Of a stretch of DNA of 64,000 nt, positions 9,181 to 19,501 are shown one piece after another (the stretch's first letter is position 1; every line of letters begins with the position of its first letter). The stretch is from an uncultured Gemmatimonadales bacterium (GTDB lineage Bacteria; Gemmatimonadota; Gemmatimonadetes; Longimicrobiales; RSA9). Below the pieces are notes generated by a model, which searched no databases, was not told the origin of the DNA, and worked only from the letters and a program-made list of their open reading frames with translations. The DNA lies in NCBI GenBank assembly GCA_963798085.1, contig CAWCRS010000003.1, forward strand, positions 992,001 through 1,056,000, read 5' to 3'. The translations under genes were made by a program, and so were the position numbers.

Positions 9181-10964
9181 AGGCGACCGTGCGTCTTCCG
9201 CTCTTCGCACTGACCATGAGCGCGCTGCTGGCCGCAGCGTGTTCGAGCGGCCCGCGGCCCATCCGGTTCGGTCAGGACAAATGCGAGTTCTGCCTGATGG
9301 GCAATGCCGAGGAGCGCTTCGCGGCGGAACTCGTCACGCGCACGGGCAAGACGCACATCTTCGATTCCGCCGAGTGCCTGGCGGGCTTCGTCGCTTTCCC
9401 GCTGCAGCACGAGGCGACGCGCTCCCTGTGGGTCACCGATTATGAGAGTCCGCCACGCCTCATTGATGCGCGCAGGGCGTTCTTCCTGGAGAGCGGTGGC
9501 ATCAGCAGCCCGATGGGCCTGGGTATCGCCGCGTTCGCCAGCCGCGAGGCGCGCGACGCGGCCCGGCAGCGGCTGGGCGGGCACGATCTGGACTGGAACG
9601 GGCTGTTAGAGGCGGTGCGACTGGCCTGGCCGAATGGATCACCCCACGGCCTGGCCCACGCCGCGGACGCCATGCAGGCGATGCCGGGCATGAACGCCAT
9701 GCAATCACCACCGCGCGTGCACTCCGCGGCGCAGGCAGTCGCGCGATACCCGGAGCCAGCGAGTCTGCGGACGGAAAGTCTGCCCGCTCGAGCGCCCACG
9801 CTGGCCGAGCTGGTGGCGAGGGCGGCGCCGGGCGAGCGCGTGGTTCTGCCGGCTGGCGTCTACCGCGAACCCACCGTAGTGATCGACAAGCCACTCGAGC
9901 TGCTGGGCAACGGCGACGCGGTGCTGGACGCGGAGAATTCGCGGGCGCTGCTGCTGGTGCAGGCCGACAATGTGACGATACGCGGGCTGGTGCTGCGCAA
10001 CATCGGCACCACCTACACCGAAGATCGAGCCGCCATCCGGGTGCAGCAGTCGCGCAACTGCCGCATCGAGCAGAATCGCATCGAGAACGGCTTTTTTGGC
10101 ATTTACCTGGCCAATGTCAGCGATTGTGTGGTCCGTCACAACACGCTGTCAGCCAACGCCACGCGGGAGAGCGCCGCAGGCAACGGCATCCACCTGTGGC
10201 ATGCGCGGCGGGTCACGCTGGAAGACAACACGGTGCGCGGCTTCCGCGACGGCATCTACTTCGAGTTCACGAAGGACAGCCGCGTGCACGGCAACATCAG
10301 CGAGCACAACCTGCGCTACGGCCTGCACTTCATGTTCTCGGACAGCTGTCATTACGTACGCAACAGCTTCCGCGCGAACGGCGCGGGTGTGGCCGTCATG
10401 TACACGCACTTCGTCGAAATGACGGGCAACGAATTCGCCGACAACCGCGGCTCGTCGACGTACGGGCTGCTCCTCAAGGAGATCCGCGACAGCCGCATCA
10501 CCGGCAACACCTTCACGGGCAACTCGGTGGCACTCTACGCCGAGGGCTCGGACCGGCTGACCGTTGCGGACAACGACTTCCGGGCCAACGGCTGGGCGCT
10601 CAAGCTCATGGCCAATGCCGAGAACAACCGGTTCACGGGCAACAACTTCATCGGGAACACGTTCGACGTGGCCACCAACAGCCGCGCCAACTACAGCCTG
10701 TTCCAGGGCAACTACTGGGACCGGTACCGCGGTTACGACCTGGATCACGACGGCACCGGCGATTCACCGGAGCGGCCCGTGCGGCTGTTCTCCGTGCTCG
10801 TCGAGCGTAATGCGCCGTCGCTCATTCTGCTGCGCAGCTTTCTGGTGAGGCTGCTGGACGCGGCAGAAGCCGTTGTGCCGGCGCTCACACCCGCGACGCT
10901 CGTGGATGCGCGCCCGCTGATGCGCGCCGCGGTGCGCAGGCCGCTGGCGAGGAGCGGCTCATGA
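9177..10964 (+). CDS. nosD: NosL-NosD fusion protein
   Basis: Lipobox LAAAC and NosL motifs CEFCLM, FDSAECL, SPMG; then beta-helix NosD motifs GNGIHLW, RDGIYFEF, LRYGLHFMFS, GNYWDRYRGYDLD. Confidence 0.85.
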   Translation: MKATVRLPLFALTMSALLAAACSSGPRPIRFGQDKCEFCLMGNAEERFAAELVTRTGKTHIFDSAECLAGFVAFPLQHEATRSLWVTDYESPPRLIDARRAFFLESGGISSPMGLGIAAFASREARDAARQRLGGHDLDWNGLLEAVRLAWPNGSPHGLAHAADAMQAMPGMNAMQSPPRVHSAAQAVARYPEPASLRTESLPARAPTLAELVARAAPGERVVLPAGVYREPTVVIDKPLELLGNGDAVLDAENSRALLLVQADNVTIRGLVLRNIGTTYTEDRAAIRVQQSRNCRIEQNRIENGFFGIYLANVSDCVVRHNTLSANATRESAAGNGIHLWHARRVTLEDNTVRGFRDGIYFEFTKDSRVHGNISEHNLRYGLHFMFSDSCHYVRNSFRANGAGVAVMYTHFVEMTGNEFADNRGSSTYGLLLKEIRDSRITGNTFTGNSVALYAEGSDRLTVADNDFRANGWALKLMANAENNRFTGNNFIGNTFDVATNSRANYSLFQGNYWDRYRGYDLDHDGTGDSPERPVRLFSVLVERNAPSLILLRSFLVRLLDAAEAVVPALTPATLVDARPLMRAAVRRPLARSGS

Positions 10965-11737
10965 TCCGCGTGGAAGGGATCCGCAAGCGCTTCGGCGCGC
11001 TCCAGGTTCTGGCTGGCGTGAACCTGCGCATCGAGCGCGGTCGGGTCACCGCGATCGTAGGGCCCAACGGCTCGGGCAAGACCACGCTGATCAAGATGCT
11101 GTTAGGACTGGTCAGACCGGATGCGGGTCGCATTGTCTGGGAAGACCTGCTCGCCGTGCCGCCCCGGGGAGCCGAGGTTGCGCATGATGCGCATCAGGAA
11201 GGGCGCGACCTCGTGCTCAACGGCGACTGCCGCTATCGCGAGCGGGTCGGCTACATGCCGCAGATCGTGCGCTTTCCCGAGAACCTGAGTGGACGCGAGC
11301 TGCTGGCCATGATCACGGACCTGCGCCAGGCCAGCGCCGCACAGGCCGAGCTGGTTGCGCGCTTCGGGCTGGAACGCGATCTGGACAAGCCCTTCCGCAC
11401 GCTGTCCGGCGGCACGCGACAGAAGGTGAATGCTGTGCTGGCATTCGGGTTCCAGCCCGACCTGCTCATCCTCGATGAGCCGACCGGCGGCCTGGATCCG
11501 GTCGCGGCGCGCACCCTGAAGGCGCACGTGCGCGAGCAGCGCGCGCAGGGGCGGACGGTGCTGCTGACCTCGCACGTCATGAGCGAGCTGGAAGCGCTGG
11601 CAGACAATGTGGCATTCCTGCTGGATGGCCAGGTCCGCTACCGCGGCACGCTCGACGAGCTGAAGCGTCTCACCGCGGAGCAGACACTGGAAGGCGCCGT
11701 CGCCAGCCTGATGACGGACGGAATGGCGTCACAATGA
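10961..11737 (+). CDS. nosF: ABC ATPase NosF
   Basis: GPNGSGKTT, LSGG and LILDEPT motifs; position in the nos cluster. Confidence 0.9.
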   Translation: MIRVEGIRKRFGALQVLAGVNLRIERGRVTAIVGPNGSGKTTLIKMLLGLVRPDAGRIVWEDLLAVPPRGAEVAHDAHQEGRDLVLNGDCRYRERVGYMPQIVRFPENLSGRELLAMITDLRQASAAQAELVARFGLERDLDKPFRTLSGGTRQKVNAVLAFGFQPDLLILDEPTGGLDPVAARTLKAHVREQRAQGRTVLLTSHVMSELEALADNVAFLLDGQVRYRGTLDELKRLTAEQTLEGAVASLMTDGMASQ

Positions 11738-12525
11738 ATACCACAGCGAAGATCCTGAAGTATGAACTGCGTGACGTGCTGCGCAGCCGCACACTGCTGC
11801 TGTACGGCGGCTTCTTCCTGCTTGCCTCGGAGCTGCTTTTCCGCTTCAGCAGTGATGGCGGCAAGGCGCTGCTGAGTCTGGCAGACGTCACTCTGCTGAT
11901 CGTGCCGCTGGTGAGCGTGGTTCTGGGGACGATGTTCGTGTACAACGCGCGCGAGTTCAACGAGCTGCTGCTGGCGCAGCCGGTGAACCGGCGCCAGCTG
12001 TTCGGTGGGCTCTACCTCGGTCTCACGCTGCCCCTGACAGCGAGTTATATGCTCGGCATTGGCGCGCCGGCGCTGCTGCACGGCCTGCACGGCGGTGTCG
12101 CCCCGCGCACCGTGCTCCTGCTGCTGCTTGCGGGGACGTTCCTGACGGCGATCTTCACGGCACTGGCATTCGCCGTGGCATTGCGCTTCGAGGACCGCGT
12201 GCGCGGCATGGGCGTAGCGCTGCTGCTCTGGCTGTTTCTCGGCGTGATTTACGATGGGCTCATCCTTCTCGGTGCGAACGTGTTCTACGCCTGGCCGCTC
12301 GAGAAACCGCTGCTCGTACTGACCCTGCTCAACCCGGTGGACCTCGCGCGTGTGCTGCTGCTGCTCGACTTCGACGTATCTGTGCTGATGGGCTACACGG
12401 GCGCCGTCTTCCGCGATTTCTTCGGCGGCCCGCTGGGACTGACCGTCGCCTCCGTCGCGCTCACCGCGTGGCTGGCAGCTCCCCTTGCGGCCGGCATGCG
12501 GGTGTTCGTGCGCAAGGACTTCTGA
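11734..12525 (+). CDS. nosY: ABC permease NosY
   Basis: Multi-TM protein with ELLLAQP and LNPVDLAR motifs; overlaps the nosF stop. Confidence 0.9.
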   Translation: MNTTAKILKYELRDVLRSRTLLLYGGFFLLASELLFRFSSDGGKALLSLADVTLLIVPLVSVVLGTMFVYNAREFNELLLAQPVNRRQLFGGLYLGLTLPLTASYMLGIGAPALLHGLHGGVAPRTVLLLLLAGTFLTAIFTALAFAVALRFEDRVRGMGVALLLWLFLGVIYDGLILLGANVFYAWPLEKPLLVLTLLNPVDLARVLLLLDFDVSVLMGYTGAVFRDFFGGPLGLTVASVALTAWLAAPLAAGMRVFVRKDF

Positions 12526-12553
12526 ACGCTGCGGACAGCGTGTGCACGCGCGT

Positions 12554-15079
12554 TCACTCTTCGCTGAGTGCGAGTGCGCTTTCGATCACGGCAATGTGGC
12601 TGAAGGCCTGGGGCACGTTGCCCAGCGCTTCGCCACTGATGGGATCATGCTCCTCGGACATGAGGCCGGTGGGCCCGGCCACGGACAGCATGCGGTCGAA
12701 CAGCGACTGCGCGTCCCGCCTGCGACCCAGCAGCGCGTAGGCGCGAATGAGCCAGCCCGTGCACAGCGTGAAACCGCCTTCACTGCCCGGCAATCCGTCA
12801 TCGCCCAGGTAGCGGAACACGACCGAGCCACGCAGCAGTCGCTGCTCGATGGCATCGACGGTGCCGAGGAAGCGCGGATCATCCGGCGCCAACAGTCCGC
12901 TGAGGCCGACGTGCAGTGTGGCCGCGTCCGGCTCTTCATCGCCGTAGGCAATGCAGAAGGCGTTGAGCTTGCGGCTGAAGCCGCGCTCGAGGATTTCGGC
13001 GGCAATCCGGTCACGCAGTGCACGCCAGCCGGGCGGCTCCGAGCCGTTGAGCTGCTCAGCCACAGCGATCGCGCGATCCACGGTCAGCCAGCACATGACC
13101 TTGGAGTGCACGTGGTGCCGGCGGGAGCGGCGGATTTCCCAGATGCCGTGGTCCGGCTCTTCCCAGCGGCTCTCCACCGCTTCCACCATGGCGCACACCA
13201 GGCGCCAGTGCTCGCTGGACAGCGGCGCATCACGCTCGGCGAGCAGTGCCAGCAGATCCACGATCGGCCCGAACACGTCCAGCTGCAGCTGCTGCGCGGC
13301 GGCATTGCCCACGCGCACCGGGCGGCTTGCGCGATACCCGGAAAGCTCGGGAATCACCGCTTCCGCACCGAGCTGCCCGCCTGTTACCGTGTACAGCGGC
13401 CGCAGCGCGGCGGGCGAATCATGCGTGTCGACCACAGTCAGAACCCAGTCGAGAAAACGCAGCGCCTCGCGCGTGCTGCCCAGCTTCGCCAGTGCGGTCG
13501 CGGCGAGTGCGCCGTCGCGCAGCCAGCAGTAGCGGTAGTCCCAGTTGCGTACGCCGCCGATTTCCTCCGGCAAACTGGTCGTCGCCGAGGCAATGATCGC
13601 GCCGGTCGGTTCATAACACAGTGCTTTGAGGAGCAGTGCACTGCGGCGCACGCGCGTGGGCGCAATGGCAGGGATCCGCAGACCCGAAGTCCAGTCCGAC
13701 CACCACGCGCGTGTTGCTTCCAGGCGGGCGCCCGCGCGCTGCCCGGGATCCGGAATGCTGCCTGACCCATAGACCAGCTCGAGAACGAGACTGCCACCAT
13801 CCAGGTCAACTTCGGCGCGCGCCGTCTGATGCGGCGCAGCGGCCTCGATGTGCCAGTCGAGTCCCGGCGCACGCAGCGTGATCGGTTCGTGCACGGCACT
13901 GACCACGATGCCGCCCGGCTTCACCTCGAGCCGCGTGTGCTCACGGCCGAAATCGAGACGAGGCGCGAACTCGATCTGCACACGGCCGCGGCCTTCGATG
14001 ATGCGGAACAGCTCGGAACGGCCGGCACGCTGGACGGGCCGACCACCGGAGCAATCCAGAAAGTCGGTGACCGAGAGGTCGGGCCAGTGCGTCTCGACGA
14101 TCATCGTGTCGCTTTCGTAGCGCTGCGTGGGGGTACCCAGGCGCCGGGCCGGACGCACCGCGAAGAACCCCGCTGTCGGGCCACCCACCAGCTCGGCGCA
14201 GATGGCGGGGGAGTCCACGCGTGGCAGGCACAGCCACACGATACGACCCTCGACCGTCAGCAGCGCGACGGCCCGGTGATCGGAGAGCAGCGAGTGCCGT
14301 TCGATCGGCATCGCGGCCTCGCCTTCGAGCCACGCACTGCGCAGCTCAGCCAGGCGGGCGAGCAAGCGGGCGACGTCTTCCGTGCCATCAATGCGGTAGG
14401 GCGCACGCGTCGCGCCGGGACCCACCTTCACGGCCAGATCCGGACCGCACAGCGTGGCGAACACATCTTCATCCGTCAGATCGTCGCCGAGAAAGACCAC
14501 CGCAGTGGCCGCGACGCGGTGGCGCAGTGTCTGCACCGCATCACCCTTGTCCGTGGCGACGACGCCCACATCGAGCACGGACTTGCCGTGGCGCAACGTG
14601 ACGCCCTCGAGCGTTGCCACACGCTCCAGTACCGCAGCCACCGCGCGCCGGGCGGTCTCGGGATCGGCATTGCGGTAGTGAAATGCAATGTTAGCCGGCT
14701 TCGCCTCCACCGCCAGGCCGCGACCCGAGCGCGCAATGTCGTCCAGCTCTTCCAGCACACGCTGGCGCAGCGCGATCTGCCCGGCCGAAAGTGTCTGCGC
14801 GAAATCGAGATCGAACTCACTGCCGTGACTGCCCACCAGGTGCACTTCGGGAGGCAGGCGGGAGAGCGCCGCGAGATCGCGCAGCGCGCGCCCCGAAATC
14901 AGCGCCACGTAGGTGTGTGGCAGATTGGCGAGCGCGCGCAGCGCCACCACGGACTCCCGCTGCGGCAGCGCGTGCGACGGATCGGGTACGATGGGCGCCA
15001 CCGTGCCATCGTAATCGGAAGCCACCAGGAGGACAGGCGTGCGCGCCAGCTCCCGGAGCCTGCTTTCCAGTTCGCTCAT
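12554..15079 (-). CDS. otsB: Trehalose-6-phosphate phosphatase (HAD) fused to a GH15 glycoside hydrolase
   Basis: ASDYDGT, GSHG and GDDLTDE (HAD) followed by [25 protein letters not shown] and GNVPQAFSH (GH15). Confidence 0.85.
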   Translation of the reverse strand: MSELESRLRELARTPVLLVASDYDGTVAPIVPDPSHALPQRESVVALRALANLPHTYVALISGRALRDLAALSRLPPEVHLVGSHGSEFDLDFAQTLSAGQIALRQRVLEELDDIARSGRGLAVEAKPANIAFHYRNADPETARRAVAAVLERVATLEGVTLRHGKSVLDVGVVATDKGDAVQTLRHRVAATAVVFLGDDLTDEDVFATLCGPDLAVKVGPGATRAPYRIDGTEDVARLLARLAELRSAWLEGEAAMPIERHSLLSDHRAVALLTVEGRIVWLCLPRVDSPAICAELVGGPTAGFFAVRPARRLGTPTQRYESDTMIVETHWPDLSVTDFLDCSGGRPVQRAGRSELFRIIEGRGRVQIEFAPRLDFGREHTRLEVKPGGIVVSAVHEPITLRAPGLDWHIEAAAPHQTARAEVDLDGGSLVLELVYGSGSIPDPGQRAGARLEATRAWWSDWTSGLRIPAIAPTRVRRSALLLKALCYEPTGAIIASATTSLPEEIGGVRNWDYRYCWLRDGALAATALAKLGSTREALRFLDWVLTVVDTHDSPAALRPLYTVTGGQLGAEAVIPELSGYRASRPVRVGNAAAQQLQLDVFGPIVDLLALLAERDAPLSSEHWRLVCAMVEAVESRWEEPDHGIWEIRRSRRHHVHSKVMCWLTVDRAIAVAEQLNGSEPPGWRALRDRIAAEILERGFSRKLNAFCIAYGDEEPDAATLHVGLSGLLAPDDPRFLGTVDAIEQRLLRGSVVFRYLGDDGLPGSEGGFTLCTGWLIRAYALLGRRRDAQSLFDRMLSVAGPTGLMSEEHDPISGEALGNVPQAFSHIAVIESALALSEE

Positions 15080-16483
15080 GCAGACAGGGCCTGGAGGAAG
15101 GAGTCCGCCCAGTCGTATACCGTGTTGCGACGGACGGTGCGACGCAGATCGCGGACGCGGCGCCTCTGCTCCGCGGCCGACATGGTCAGCGCCGCGTGCA
15201 TGGCGGAATGCCAGCCCGTCAATGTCGTGGGGATTCACCAGCAACGCGGAGCGCAGCTCCACCGCCGCGCCCGTGAATTCACTGAGCAGCAGCACGCCAC
15301 GGTCGTGCGCGCGCGACGCCACCCATTCCTTGGCGACGAGATTCATGCCATCGCGCAGCGGGGTAACCGCCATGACATCCGAGGCCAGGTAAAGAGCGAC
15401 GAGCTGATCCGGCGGGTAGGTACGACGCGCGTAGTGCAGCACCGGCAGACCGATCTCGCCGAATTCGCCATTGATCTGGCCCACCAGCCGCTCGACACGC
15501 TTGCGCATGGTGCGATAGTCCGCCACCCGCTCGCGACTGGGCACCGCGATCTGCACGAACACACACTCCTCGCGGCGCACACGGCCGGAGCGCAGCAGCT
15601 CCGCGAACGCACGCAGCCGGATGTCGATGCCTTTCGTGTAATCCAGACGATCGACACCCAGGATGATGCGCCGCGAGCCGACACTGCGGCGGAACGCGTC
15701 GGCGCGACGCTCCGCTTCCGGCCGACTCGCCAGCTCCTCGAACATCGCGACATCAATGGAAACCGGGAACGCGCCCGACCGCACGGTGCGCCCCTGGTAC
15801 TGCAGTGTGCCATGCGCACCGGTCGCTCCACAGAAACGTTTGCTCAGGTCATCGAAATTGCGCGCCGCCTGCTCCGTCTGGAAGCCGACGACATGCGCAC
15901 CCAGCATGCCGTCCAGAACGGCGCGCCGCCACGGCAGCTTGGCGAACAGCTCGCGCGGCGGAAAGGGAATGTGCAGGAAAAAACCAATGCGCAGGTCAGG
16001 CCGCAGCTGCCGCACGAACGAAGGCACCAGCTGGAGGTGATAGTCATGCACCCAGACCAGAGCGCCGGGCGCCGCCACTTCCGCCACCGCGGCGGCGAAG
16101 CGGCGGTTGACGCGCACGTACGGCTCCCACCAGTCACGGCGGAAACGCGGTGGGCGCAATGCATCGTGATAGAGCGGCCAGAGCGTGCGGTTGCAGAAGC
16201 CTTCGTAGAAGTCGGCTACTTCGCGCGCCTCGAGCGCCACAGGATGCAGCCGCATGTGATCGTGCTCGAAAGGTTGCGGCGCTTCGCCTGGATAGCCGGG
16301 CCAGCCCACCCACACGCCCGTGCGCTCCGCCAGAATCGGCGCGAGGGCGCGCACCAGGCCCCCCGGACTGCTCCGCCAGCCAATGCCCGCACCGAGTCGC
16401 ACACAATGCACCGGTAACCGATTGGCGACGACCACCAGCTCCACATTGCTGGCTGCACCGCCGGCGCGGGTCTCAGCCGCCAC
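15076..16483 (-). CDS. otsA: Trehalose-6-phosphate synthase (GT20); frameshift near 15207 restores its own stop
   Basis: [26 protein letters not shown] and DGMNLVAKE motifs; the alternate frame gives SAMHAALTM...[15 protein letters not shown] overlapping the next ATG (ATGA). Confidence 0.9.
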
Positions 16484-16596
16484 GGCGCGATGTACCGGGT
16501 GCGCTGCCCTTCAGGATCAACCGATTCCCCATGTGTGAGCGCAGCAAAACGCACAGGCGCGTACCCCGCTGTGGCGCCAATGTGCATGACGCTGAG

Positions 16597-16738
16597 CGGA
16601 CCGTCCTGGCATTCTTGCGTTGCGGCCGGTTCGGTCATGGGGCCGACTCGGTTACGTATCGACGGACCACTTTGCATGTCGGAGTGGGTCGCTGGAATGG
16701 GGGAAGAAGCCGAAAGGAAAGAACGCCAAGACGGTCCG
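16597..16738. repeat. 142-bp terminal-inverted-repeat element, copy 1
   Basis: CGGACCGTCCTGGCATTCTTGCGTT ... AAGGAAAGAACGCCAAGACGGTCCG; core CGTATCGACGGACCACTTTGCATG. Confidence 0.9.
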
Positions 16739-16749
16739 ACAGGGGTCTG

Positions 16750-18624
16750 TTAACCCGTGCGTGCGCGCGTGGTGACTCCGGGCGTAATGGGAGGCGAGGG
16801 CGCGAAGAGCGGCAGCGCCAGGGCGGTGGCGGCGCCAATGAGCAGACCGCTGACTGCGCCGATCACGATCGCGGGCACCATGGGTGCGCGAATGAGCGTG
16901 GGCAGGAATGCCTGCGTCGCGCCGACGAACCAGAGGTAGGCGAAGCCCCAGCCCACCACGTTCATGAAGACCCAGGCGAGGCGGCCGACGCCGCGCACGC
17001 GCGCAGCCCACGTCTGCGCCAGCCCGAGGATCACGCCATCGAGCACGCCCTTCATGAAGGCCGCGCCGTTCGAGACGTGCACCACGCCCCAGATGTTCTT
17101 CGAACTCTGCACCGGGATCTGCCAGCGCAGGATGCACGCGGCAATGATGGCGCCCATCCAGAGCTGCGCGGCCGGCGGCACGGATCGCTTGCGCAGGAAC
17201 AGCAGTGTCGCCAGACCCAGGAGCACGCCTTCGACCAGGCCGCCCACGAAGCGCGACGCCAGATTCCACTGCGCGAAACGCAGCAGGCCGCCCGTGATGA
17301 AACCGGACGCGGCGAAGGCCAGCGCATTCGCCGCCACCCACTCGCCGCGTGGCCCCAGACGCGTGAGCCAGTCGTTCACGGGCAGTCGGCTGAGCGATTC
17401 CGAAATCTGTTTCGCGGACGGCAGTGCAGCCAGCGAATCCGCGAGCGGCCGGCCGGCCGGGCCCGGCTGTATCGCCGCGCCGGTGCCATGAGGCGGTGTC
17501 GCCGTCTGTGCTGCGGCCGGCCCCGCGCCTGACAGCATGTTAGGGGCAGGCGACGATGCCAGTTCCGCCGTCGTTCCCGTGGCTGGCGCCACTGCCGCTG
17601 CAGCGGGCGGAACCAGCGGGCCAGCAGGCGGTGCAGCCGCCGACGACGGGCGCACGCTGAGGGGCGAGGCGCGCAACACATCCTCGGCAGCCTGGCGCAC
17701 CTGTTTGCTACGGTCGGCGTCCGCAATGCGCTGCAGCGCAGTACGCGCGGCCACCGCCACGGAAGCATCGGGACTGACGAGCAGCCGCTCCAGCTCGCGC
17801 ACAGCGGTGAGGCGGACGGCCGCCTGCGTGTCTTCCAGCTGGTGGCGCACACCGGAGGGCAGCGAAACCGGCAGCGAGTGCTGGCGTCGCGGATTGCGCG
17901 CGATTACCAGCATGCCCTGCTGGTTGTAGACCCACTTGCGCGGCGTCTGGCTGGGCGTCGAGCTGACGATCTTTCCGTACGCGTAATCGTACAGCGCATC
18001 GAGCGTGATGGTGTCCTCACTCGATGCGGCGCCTGTTACGAGCCCCTCCAGCAGGTAGTGCGTGAACAGCGAAAGCTCGGCCCGTTCGATGACGCGGTCC
18101 CCTTCGAGTGCGTACTGCGTGGCGTCCGATGCGGTGAGTACCACGCGGCCGTAGCCGTTGCCCGCGAACATGTCCGCGGTCACGGCAGTGGGATCGCCTT
18201 TCACGCCGCGCGCGAACGCGCCGCTGTTGCAGCAGTCGAGGATGAGGATCTGGCGCTTGGACCGGCACTCGTCCATGTGCTCGACCACGAAGCCGGAGGA
18301 GATGGCGGTGGCGCTGAGCTGGTGGTAGTCGGTGTCGCGCACCGCGAGGTACAGGCGGCCGCGATCATCCTTCACGCCGTGACCGGAGAAGAAGAACAGC
18401 AGCAGGTCATCGGGATGGCGGCGCGTGAAGAAGTCGGCAATGGCGCGCCGCACGATGGACTCGCTCTGGTCGATCAGCTCCTGGACCTGATCGAACTCGC
18501 CAATGCCGGGATCACGCAACGCTGCGGCCAGCGAGCGCACATCCGCGGCGGGCGCCTTGAGCCGGGTGAGCGTGGCGTCGTCATACGTGCTGTTGCCAAT
18601 GAACAGCGCGAGTCGCTTCGGCAT
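16750..18624 (-). CDS. Caspase-like peptidase C14 (EACC1-associated type) with HEAT-like segment, Pro/Ala linker and C-terminal multi-TM region
   Basis: ALFIGNSTY, SGHG and ILDCCNSG catalytic dyad, SLFTHYLLEGL, QTPRKW; hydrophobic C-terminal ~200 aa. Confidence 0.9.
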   Translation of the reverse strand: MPKRLALFIGNSTYDDATLTRLKAPAADVRSLAAALRDPGIGEFDQVQELIDQSESIVRRAIADFFTRRHPDDLLLFFFSGHGVKDDRGRLYLAVRDTDYHQLSATAISSGFVVEHMDECRSKRQILILDCCNSGAFARGVKGDPTAVTADMFAGNGYGRVVLTASDATQYALEGDRVIERAELSLFTHYLLEGLVTGAASSEDTITLDALYDYAYGKIVSSTPSQTPRKWVYNQQGMLVIARNPRRQHSLPVSLPSGVRHQLEDTQAAVRLTAVRELERLLVSPDASVAVAARTALQRIADADRSKQVRQAAEDVLRASPLSVRPSSAAAPPAGPLVPPAAAAVAPATGTTAELASSPAPNMLSGAGPAAAQTATPPHGTGAAIQPGPAGRPLADSLAALPSAKQISESLSRLPVNDWLTRLGPRGEWVAANALAFAASGFITGGLLRFAQWNLASRFVGGLVEGVLLGLATLLFLRKRSVPPAAQLWMGAIIAACILRWQIPVQSSKNIWGVVHVSNGAAFMKGVLDGVILGLAQTWAARVRGVGRLAWVFMNVVGWGFAYLWFVGATQAFLPTLIRAPMVPAIVIGAVSGLLIGAATALALPLFAPSPPITPGVTTRARTG

Positions 18625-18655
18625 CGTCGCGCGCGCGAACCGGGATCGGAAAGGG

Positions 18656-19030
18656 TCAGGCCTTGGCGGTGGCGCCCGTCTTGAACGAAGCGGCCAGTCG
18701 GGCGAATTCGTCGATGGCGCCCTGGAACTTCACCGGATTGCCGTTCACCTGGCCCTCGAACATGATCGTGCCGCCCGTCTTGTGCAGCCGCTTCTGCAGC
18801 AGTGCCAGCACGATCTCGAGCGCCGTGGCGGACGCCTTTACGAGGAGCACGATCGTGTCCGCGTCGATGCCCTTGGTACCGGGCGGCGCGGTCCCTTCGT
18901 GCACGATTTCGGCGGACTCCACAGGCTGATCGCGCAGCTCGTGCAGCAGATCCCGTGTCAGCAGATCGATCTCTTCGCGGTCACCGTCGGCGGAACCGAC
19001 TTTGATCCTGAACTCGAGCGGTCTGGTCAT
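18656..19030 (-). CDS. EACC1-like effector-associated constant component
   Basis: 124 aa with EIDLLTRDLLHEL...APPGTKG followed by a hydrophobic helix; immediately upstream of the caspase. Confidence 0.75.
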   Translation of the reverse strand: MTRPLEFRIKVGSADGDREEIDLLTRDLLHELRDQPVESAEIVHEGTAPPGTKGIDADTIVLLVKASATALEIVLALLQKRLHKTGGTIMFEGQVNGNPVKFQGAIDEFARLAASFKTGATAKA

Positions 19031-19121
19031 GGCAAGCGCCGGGGAGAGGGGTCAGGCGATGTCGACTTTCGATTATCGCGACGAGCCCGTTCCGCGTCCA
19101 GAGTGCGGCCGCGGGCGCGGC

Positions 19122-19487
19122 TCAGCAGGGCTTGTTCTCCAGAACCTCGATCCGATCCGGCAGGTTGGGAACGACGCAGAGGAATTCGAAGGGTTCGTCG
19201 CCCTCGGCTTCGTACCAGTGGGGCATGCCCGCCGGAATGTAGACCACGTCATTGACCTTGACCTCGAACACGCTGTCGCCAATGCCGACGCGAGCGCGGC
19301 CGCGCAACACGAACTGCTCGTGCTCGACCACGTTCGTGTGGCGAGGCATGCCGCCGCCCGGTTCCATGATGAAGCGGCGCATCGCGAAGTGCGGGCCCTC
19401 GTCCGGCCCGATCAGTACCTGGAAGCGTGCATCCTTGCCGGCCTTCACCACCTGTGCCGGTACCGTTTCCGCCGGTTTCACCGCCAT
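19122..19487 (-). CDS. Cupin-domain protein
   Basis: MPRHTNVVEHEQFVL and IPAGMPHWY cupin motifs. Confidence 0.85.
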   Translation of the reverse strand: MAVKPAETVPAQVVKAGKDARFQVLIGPDEGPHFAMRRFIMEPGGGMPRHTNVVEHEQFVLRGRARVGIGDSVFEVKVNDVVYIPAGMPHWYEAEGDEPFEFLCVVPNLPDRIEVLENKPC

Positions 19488-19501
19488 GGTCGGAGCCCTC
19501 C

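Noticed and set aside
13829..16417. Long antisense ORFs (e.g. 862 aa here, 786 aa at 23310-25670, 583 aa at 41534-43285)
   Set aside because: Shadow frames of real genes in GC-rich DNA, with no recognisable motifs.
12554..16483. 1309-aa OtsA-OtsB-GH15 triple fusion in the ORF track
   Set aside because: One extra base near 15207 explains it; the alternate frame gives a normal OtsA C-terminus ending in TGA overlapping the otsB ATG.
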